Source: an uncultured virus (IMG/VR IMGVR_UViG_3300042868_008532)
Lineage: Duplodnaviria > Heunggongvirae > Uroviricota > Caudoviricetes
Length of the DNA: 64,000 bases
Strand: one strand, 5' to 3'
Virus record (IMG/VR): IMGVR_UViG_3300042868_008532
Location: 1 to 64,000 of that record
Below are positions 58,697-64,000 of the stretch, in pieces. The number at the start of each line of letters is the position of its first letter. Positions within the stretch are counted from its first letter, which is position 1. The notes beneath the pieces are model-generated. The model worked only from the letters and a program-made list of their open reading frames with translations. It had not been told where the DNA came from and made no database searches. The translations under genes were made by a program, and so were the position numbers.

Positions 58697-59306
58697 AATA
58701 TGTTCTAAATGTAAAGTTGAAAAACTATTATGTGATTTTCATAATAATAAAAAAGAGAAGAGTGGTAAAAACTGTCAATGTAAAAGTTGTGTAAAACTTT
58801 GTTATAAATATATTAAAAAAATACCCATTATAAATTTAGAAGAATCTATTAAAAAAGAAAATTTAAGAAAATTAAAAAAAAGTGTGTATAATAAAAAGTA
58901 TCGTGAAGAAAATCGTGAAATATTAAAGAAGAAAAAAAATATTTATAAACAAATTAGGATAAATGAAAATCCTTTAGTTAAACTACGTTTTAGGATTTCC
59001 AATAACATAACTGTTTCGTTAAAACGAAATGGTGGTAAAAAATTAAGTAAAACTACTAATATTTTAGGGTGTTCTTTTGATGATTTTAAGAAACATATTG
59101 AATTATTATGGGAATCTTGGATGAGTTGGGAAAATTATGGTAACCCAAAAGATGGTATTTATCAACCAAATAAAACTTGGGATTTAGACCATATAACTCC
59201 ATCCTCAAAGGCAACATCTGAAGAAGAAATACTTAAATTAAATCATTATAGTAACTTTCAACCATTATGTTCTTATAATAACAGATTCATAAAAAAAGGT
59301 GACTAA
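58686..59306 (+). CDS. HNH homing endonuclease with N-terminal Cys4 zinc motif
   Basis: CSKC...CKSC; WDLDHITPSS...HYSNFQPLCSYNN; paralogue of 55087..55707. Confidence 0.85.
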   Translation: MENKICSKCKVEKLLCDFHNNKKEKSGKNCQCKSCVKLCYKYIKKIPIINLEESIKKENLRKLKKSVYNKKYREENREILKKKKNIYKQIRINENPLVKLRFRISNNITVSLKRNGGKKLSKTTNILGCSFDDFKKHIELLWESWMSWENYGNPKDGIYQPNKTWDLDHITPSSKATSEEEILKLNHYSNFQPLCSYNNRFIKKGD

Positions 59307-59319
59307 TGTCACCTTTTTT
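59292..59319. terminator. Bidirectional terminator
   Basis: AAAAAAGGTGAC TAAT GTCACCTTTTTT. Confidence 0.8.
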
Positions 59320-59467
59320 ATAATTTTAACAAAAAACTATGTCAATCCACCAAAACTGTTAAAATCTCCTACTTACCTATATGGGCTCGGCCATCCCGTT
59401 GTCATATTGATTTACCTGAAACTTCTTTGGGTTGTTGATTGACCACTCCCACTTACTCAAGTAGTTT

Positions 59468-59722
59468 TTACATACTCATCATCCAACCCATTCGGTTTTG
59501 TTCTTGATACTGAGAATAAGTACATTTTCTCATTGTCTTATAATCCGGTCTCAACTTAACGTGAGTTGGGTATTTTTTTTCGTGTTCTTTGTGTTCTCTC
59601 ACCACTTTAGCGTAAGCCTCTCTTTTACTTGGTGCCCACACGTCATTAAATCCTCCACCTATCCAATTGAATAAATATAAATACTCCCCGTTAACACTTC
59701 TATATAATTTCTCTTTAGTCAT
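59468..59722 (-). CDS. Hypothetical phage protein
   Basis: 84-aa ORF. Confidence 0.65.
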   Translation of the reverse strand: MTKEKLYRSVNGEYLYLFNWIGGGFNDVWAPSKREAYAKVVREHKEHEKKYPTHVKLRPDYKTMRKCTYSQYQEQNRMGWMMSM

Positions 59723-59725
59723 AAT

Positions 59726-59896
59726 TTATCCGTGATTTTCTTTATGTAGTAAGGTTCCAAAAGCATTTGAACCAATTGAAATTAGTAAATATCCAAACCA
59801 AATACCGTTTGTTTTAATAGTTAATCCAACAACCACAAATCCAATTATAACCAATAGACTTAATAAAGATAATGTGTGTTTTGATAATTTTGTCAT
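59726..59896 (-). CDS. Small two-TM membrane protein (56 aa)
   Basis: MTKLSKHTLSLLSLLVIIGFVVVGLTIKTNGIWFGYLLISIGSNAFGTLLHKENHG; promoter at 59920-59950. Confidence 0.55.
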   Translation of the reverse strand: MTKLSKHTLSLLSLLVIIGFVVVGLTIKTNGIWFGYLLISIGSNAFGTLLHKENHG

Positions 59897-59950
59897 AATA
59901 ATTAGTTTTAAATTCGGTACAAAGATAATACTTATTTTTAATCCACCAAA

Positions 59951-60172
59951 TTATTTTTCATAAATTAAATCAGTTTTTTCACAACCATCTTTTAATTCAA
60001 GTAAACCATTTCTACATTGTCTTTTGATAATGTCTAAAATAACTGATAATTCGTCCGATTTTTTTCTATTTATTTTCCCCCAATCTAATGAACCCCATTT
60101 AAAAGTGGATTCTATCGTTTTTAGTTCTAAAATAAACTCCTTTTTTTCAGTATTAGTTTGCCAATTACTCAT
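59951..60172 (-). CDS. Hypothetical phage protein
   Basis: 73-aa ORF; TTTG-19-TATCTTTG promoter at 60197-60227. Confidence 0.6.
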   Translation of the reverse strand: MSNWQTNTEKKEFILELKTIESTFKWGSLDWGKINRKKSDELSVILDIIKRQCRNGLLELKDGCEKTDLIYEK

Positions 60173-60360
60173 AATTTTATATTTTTAAATCCGGTACAAA
60201 GATAAGCATTAAATCGACATCTCCAAATATTATTTTAATTTTTTTCAAAAAAATTTTTTACGATAACGATTACGTAAATTAATTTGGCATAAAACTTGAT
60301 ATTACGGATTTGTTAACCTATTTATTTAACGAAATTAAACATTATTTAAAACAAATTATT

Positions 60361-60525
60361 ATGAAAAAAGTATTTTTAGCCCTTGCAGTTATTGCAACGT
60401 TATCTTTAACATCTTGTAAACACGAAGTGAAACAAGACGAAGCAACTGAAGTTGTTGATGATTCAACACAAGTAGATTCCACATCAGTTGATACCACTCA
60501 AGTAGATACTACTCAAGTGAAGTAA
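60361..60525 (+). CDS. Small lipoprotein
   Basis: MKKVFLALAVIATLSLTS|C lipobox; VDST/VDTT repeats. Confidence 0.75.
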   Translation: MKKVFLALAVIATLSLTSCKHEVKQDEATEVVDDSTQVDSTSVDTTQVDTTQVK

Positions 60526-60557
60526 AACAAAAAACCCCTCTTAACGGAGGGGTTATT

Positions 60558-61160
60558 TTATTTAAGTAAGTTTCTAATTTTACCTATTTCTTTATTTACT
60601 CTATGTTCTTTTAATCCTAAAGCCGTCCCAAATGCTGCTCCGATTTGTGAGTTCATAATATCACTAGCAGTACTATCGGCATCACCACCAGGTGGGATTG
60701 TTGTTGTTGTTGTTGTTGAACCATCAGCCGCTGGAGCGATTTGTTCTTTATTTGAAACATGTACATGGTTATAATGGTCATCCATTTGCCATAAAACAGA
60801 TTTTGTATTACCACCTTCACTATTTCTTTTATATCCAAGTTGTTCTAACTGAATTACAAAACTATCAACATTTCTTTTGTTAGATGGGTCTTTAACGGCA
60901 ACACCATTAACTTTACTTATATCTACAGCACTTCCGGTTGAGTGTCTACTAACAGCTCCTGAATCTGTTGTTTCACTATGGTCAGACACCGCAGATGTTA
61001 TATTCACGTTAACATTAGCGTTTTTAGATGCGGTACAAATATCTTTTAATAATGCGTCGTTTACTAAATCTAATCCAATATCAGAATCCACGCTTATATA
61101 AGAACATCCTGATGAATTTAGTTTAATATTTGCTTCTAATAATTGTATTAATTTTTTCAT
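60558..61160 (-). CDS. Peptidase M15-like (Hedgehog/DD-peptidase fold) peptidoglycan hydrolase
   Basis: SRHSTGSAVDI ... HYNHVHVS zinc ligands. Confidence 0.7.
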   Translation of the reverse strand: MKKLIQLLEANIKLNSSGCSYISVDSDIGLDLVNDALLKDICTASKNANVNVNITSAVSDHSETTDSGAVSRHSTGSAVDISKVNGVAVKDPSNKRNVDSFVIQLEQLGYKRNSEGGNTKSVLWQMDDHYNHVHVSNKEQIAPAADGSTTTTTTIPPGGDADSTASDIMNSQIGAAFGTALGLKEHRVNKEIGKIRNLLK

Positions 61161-61161
61161 A

Positions 61162-61767
61162 TTATTGTTGTAAATGTGTCATTAAAACACCTCCTATTGA
61201 TGCCGAATGTTGTAGTAAATGATTTATTGATTCAATGTCCAATTTAGATTTTCTTTTTGTATAATCTAACCCTAATGTCCCGATGAATTTACCTTCAATA
61301 GTTTTTATTGCAAATAAATATCCGGATTTACAACCAGTATCTTCAGCAATATATTTTAAACCAAAAGTCGCAATAGTTTCATCTTTATAATCGGAAATTT
61401 CAATCACATCGGTTTCTAATAACTGATTTATTGAACGGCTGAATAAATTAACTGGAATATTATGAAAATTTGATTGAACTGATGTTATTCCCGGACCAAC
61501 AACTTCATACATAATACTGAATTTTGCTATAGATTTTCCTGTTGGATAAAAGTTACCCCCATTATGGAATTGTGTTATCCAAACTCTATCTGATTTAAAT
61601 TCGTCTTTAATATGTTCCAATTTTGTCATCACAAGTTCACTAACTTTTAGTGTTTCCAACACCATATCAGGCTTTTCAGTTTTTTTATCCAATTTATTCT
61701 TAATGAATAATAATAGGAGAGGTCCCAATACCCCCGTGATAAACGCCACTATTATAGATACACTCAT
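61162..61767 (-). CDS. TM-anchored GAF-like protein, possibly T4 gpT-type holin
   Basis: One N-terminal TM helix; DRVWITQFHNGG...SGYLFAI....FIGTLGLDY GAF-like pattern. Confidence 0.5.
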   Translation of the reverse strand: MSVSIIVAFITGVLGPLLLLFIKNKLDKKTEKPDMVLETLKVSELVMTKLEHIKDEFKSDRVWITQFHNGGNFYPTGKSIAKFSIMYEVVGPGITSVQSNFHNIPVNLFSRSINQLLETDVIEISDYKDETIATFGLKYIAEDTGCKSGYLFAIKTIEGKFIGTLGLDYTKRKSKLDIESINHLLQHSASIGGVLMTHLQQ

Positions 61768-61810
61768 AATTTTAACTTAATATTTTATAACTTATAAATA
61801 GTAAAAAAAC

Positions 61811-61840
61811 AAAAAAAGTGGGATATTACTCCCACTTTTT
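61811..61840. terminator. Terminator hairpin
   Basis: AAAAAAAGTGGGA TTATTAC TCCCACTTTT. Confidence 0.75.
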
Positions 61841-62865
61841 TACAACTTTTTAAATTCCGGTCTTATTAGATTCCATATGATTTCAGAGTAATTTTTCTTA
61901 TCAAACATTCTAAACAGAATCCCTGACATATGTTTAGGTTGAGTGAATACCCACTCAGCAAACTCTTTTCTATCTTCTATGGGTTCTTTATCGTTATATT
62001 TACCATACATCATACCATCAAACTTTTTACCAGCATCCTCAGATATTTGGAAATGACTATATCTTAAATCTCTAACATAAGATTTAATTTTATTGTAAAA
62101 TTCGTCTGGAACATCTTTTAATATTTCCATAACATCCTCACCATTTTTCAAATACTCCCAAACTCCGGTTGTGGTAACATTGGTCATAATTTTGTGAAGA
62201 CGAAGATACTCAACACCTTTAACTTTAACTCTATCCCCATTGGAGAACTTCACCACAAACCCTTCTTGGTCGTTTTTAACCATTTCTTTGAGTTGTTTGT
62301 AGTCGTTTATACCATCGTATTTTTTAACCACATCAAACCCGTATTCTCTCCACATTTCCACATCATATTCTTTACCATTCTTATCAAAGGTTCCCAATAG
62401 GACTAACCCTTCATAATCACCGTAATCTACTACCACGCGATTCTGAGGAAATAAAATTTCAAAACAAAAAGTCAGATGTCTGAACATTATATCGGTGTTG
62501 TATTTTTTAAGTAATTCTCTACCCTTAATTGCTTGGTCTGAACCAAATGACCCACGAGTCGCTAATATCCATTGTCCTTCGTACCAAAAAACTATTAAAA
62601 GTGAGCCATCCATTTTTTCATACACCTCAAAGTTTTCAGTTGGTTCAAATTTTCCTTCCTCTATGTTGAAGAATTTATCAAAAGGTTTTGCTACGATATC
62701 TCCGGTGTGGTCGGTAACTAAACCTCTACACATCAAAAGAGTTTCGTCCCACAAATTTTCATACTGGACTTTTTCGCTATAGTTCCATATAGTTAATGGG
62801 AGGTATGGATGTACTTGTTTGTAAAGTAATCCGTCTTCGTAATATTTGTTTAGTTTTTCTATCAT
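61840..62865 (-). CDS. RNA ligase, T4 Rnl1-like
   Basis: CRGLV, F.KFFN, EKMDGSL, ATRGSF, EGFVV, RVKVKG.EY..LH. Confidence 0.9.
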   Translation of the reverse strand: MIEKLNKYYEDGLLYKQVHPYLPLTIWNYSEKVQYENLWDETLLMCRGLVTDHTGDIVAKPFDKFFNIEEGKFEPTENFEVYEKMDGSLLIVFWYEGQWILATRGSFGSDQAIKGRELLKKYNTDIMFRHLTFCFEILFPQNRVVVDYGDYEGLVLLGTFDKNGKEYDVEMWREYGFDVVKKYDGINDYKQLKEMVKNDQEGFVVKFSNGDRVKVKGVEYLRLHKIMTNVTTTGVWEYLKNGEDVMEILKDVPDEFYNKIKSYVRDLRYSHFQISEDAGKKFDGMMYGKYNDKEPIEDRKEFAEWVFTQPKHMSGILFRMFDKKNYSEIIWNLIRPEFKKL

Positions 62866-62866
62866 T

Positions 62867-63193
62867 TTATTCTATTTTTTTTAAATTCTCTTCTAATCTA
62901 CTTAAGAATGATTCTTCACCATCATCACCTGATAACAACCAATCCACTCGTTGAGCGTATTCTTGAGCAATTTTAAGAGCTTTAACTGCATCTTTCATCT
63001 TCTCAATAACCTCATCCGGATATTTGTAATGGAATAAGTCCTCAGGGTATTTTTTATACCAATCAGGGTCAATCCAATGTTCTTTAAGTTCTTCCGGTGT
63101 TTTTTCTAAACCATTCTTCACAATAACCTCATCTATTTGGTCTGCGATGTAACCAATCTTATATTGGTTATAATCGAAATGCCCACCACTAAT
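62867..63193 (-). CDS. Hypothetical phage protein; frame is open from ATT at 63193 (ISGGHFDYNQYKI...), GTG at 63121 is the first standard start
   Basis: In-frame 24-codon extension upstream of the ORF-track call. Confidence 0.55.
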   Translation of the reverse strand: MSGGHFDYNQYKIGYIADQIDEVIVKNGLEKTPEELKEHWIDPDWYKKYPEDLFHYKYPDEVIEKMKDAVKALKIAQEYAQRVDWLLSGDDGEESFLSRLEENLKKIE

Positions 63194-63929
63194 GACTCAC
63201 TCTCCCATCTTTATTTATATTCATAGTTTTAATATAATTTTCGTTATTTATAATTTTACTAATATGTGATTGGTTAACACCATACATTTGAGCAATTTTT
63301 GTTTGACTTACCCCCTCTTTGTTCAATTTTTTTATCTCATTATAATCACATTCCTCTAACTTAACATATTGTTTTTTTCTTAAAGACAAATCTAAATCTG
63401 TTGCAATAGTTTTATATCTTTTCTCAATCAAAATCAAACCAATTGTTCTCCTACTTACAGAATATAAATCACTAATTTCTTTTTGAGTTAATTTATTTTC
63501 AATTAACAACAATTTTATCTCTCGAACTTGTTCCGGTGTTAACTTTTTTAAGGATGACTCATAATGTCCGTGAATTTTACCAACGTTAACACTTTTGTTT
63601 GAGGAGCCTATCTTATCTTTTGTGTCTTGTGACATATACACATAACCTTCCATTGATTTAGGTAAACGACAATTTAAACCTATTTTATTATCTAAACATT
63701 CATAAAATGTACCATAAAATAACTCCCGTTCTAAAAGAATTTCAATATCACATTCTTCAATAACTTCAAAAATGTGATTATCAACACCATATTTTACTAA
63801 CGAGTTATATAATTTAGTTTGACTATTACATCTTAATTTTTTATACCACTTCCAACGAGTATCAACATCTTTTGATGAACCGATATATACAAGACCTTTT
63901 GGACTTGTTATTTTATAAACTCCAATCAT
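63189..63929 (-). CDS. GIY-YIG homing endonuclease with C-terminal HTH repeats
   Basis: GVYKI...YIGSS..V..R; E.FY...N; NUMOD3-like MSQDTKDKIG; two HTH motifs. Confidence 0.88.
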   Translation of the reverse strand: MIGVYKITSPKGLVYIGSSKDVDTRWKWYKKLRCNSQTKLYNSLVKYGVDNHIFEVIEECDIEILLERELFYGTFYECLDNKIGLNCRLPKSMEGYVYMSQDTKDKIGSSNKSVNVGKIHGHYESSLKKLTPEQVREIKLLLIENKLTQKEISDLYSVSRRTIGLILIEKRYKTIATDLDLSLRKKQYVKLEECDYNEIKKLNKEGVSQTKIAQMYGVNQSHISKIINNENYIKTMNINKDGRVSH

Positions 63930-64000
63930 ATTTTAAACTTTATTTATAAATATATTAGAATCAAATAAAAGTCCCCCCACTCATATCAATTCAAATTTTG

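Noticed and set aside
63189..63984. Group I intron carrying the GIY-YIG ORF
   Set aside because: Only ~45 AT-rich nt upstream and none downstream of the ORF, leaving no room for P3-P9 core elements
1..64000. Alternative genetic code (stop-codon reassignment, as in some huge phages)
   Set aside because: Conserved genes are full length in the standard code, and TAA, TAG and TGA all end genes

Overview
An AT-rich segment of a large T4-like (jumbo/huge) myophage genome read in the standard genetic code. The host is probably a Bacteroidota (Flavobacteria-like) bacterium: TTTG-N19/20-TAnnTTTG promoters recur, Shine-Dalgarno sites are not evident, and the bS21 is Bacteroidota-type. Contents in order: virion/hypothetical genes (0-5 kb); a glycosyltransferase/sugar-modification cluster containing a dUTPase gene fractured by a naturally split intein with a free-standing endonuclease between the halves (5-20.6 kb); a gp55-like sigma factor and baseplate genes (20.6-27 kb); the head module with major capsid, scaffold, protease, portal, terminase and an antisense ribosomal protein bS21 gene (31-46 kb); a protein/RNA quality-control block with N-domain-less ClpC, tmRNA, SmpB, SET protein and RNA ligase. 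A non-coding RNA island at 55.7-59.5 kb holds a ~850-nt GOLLD-like RNA, a circularly permuted tRNA-like RNA, and anticodon-less tRNA-like repeats alternating with unique structured RNAs. RHH+HNH cassettes lie on both sides of its core. All family calls come from motif recognition by eye; no database search was run.
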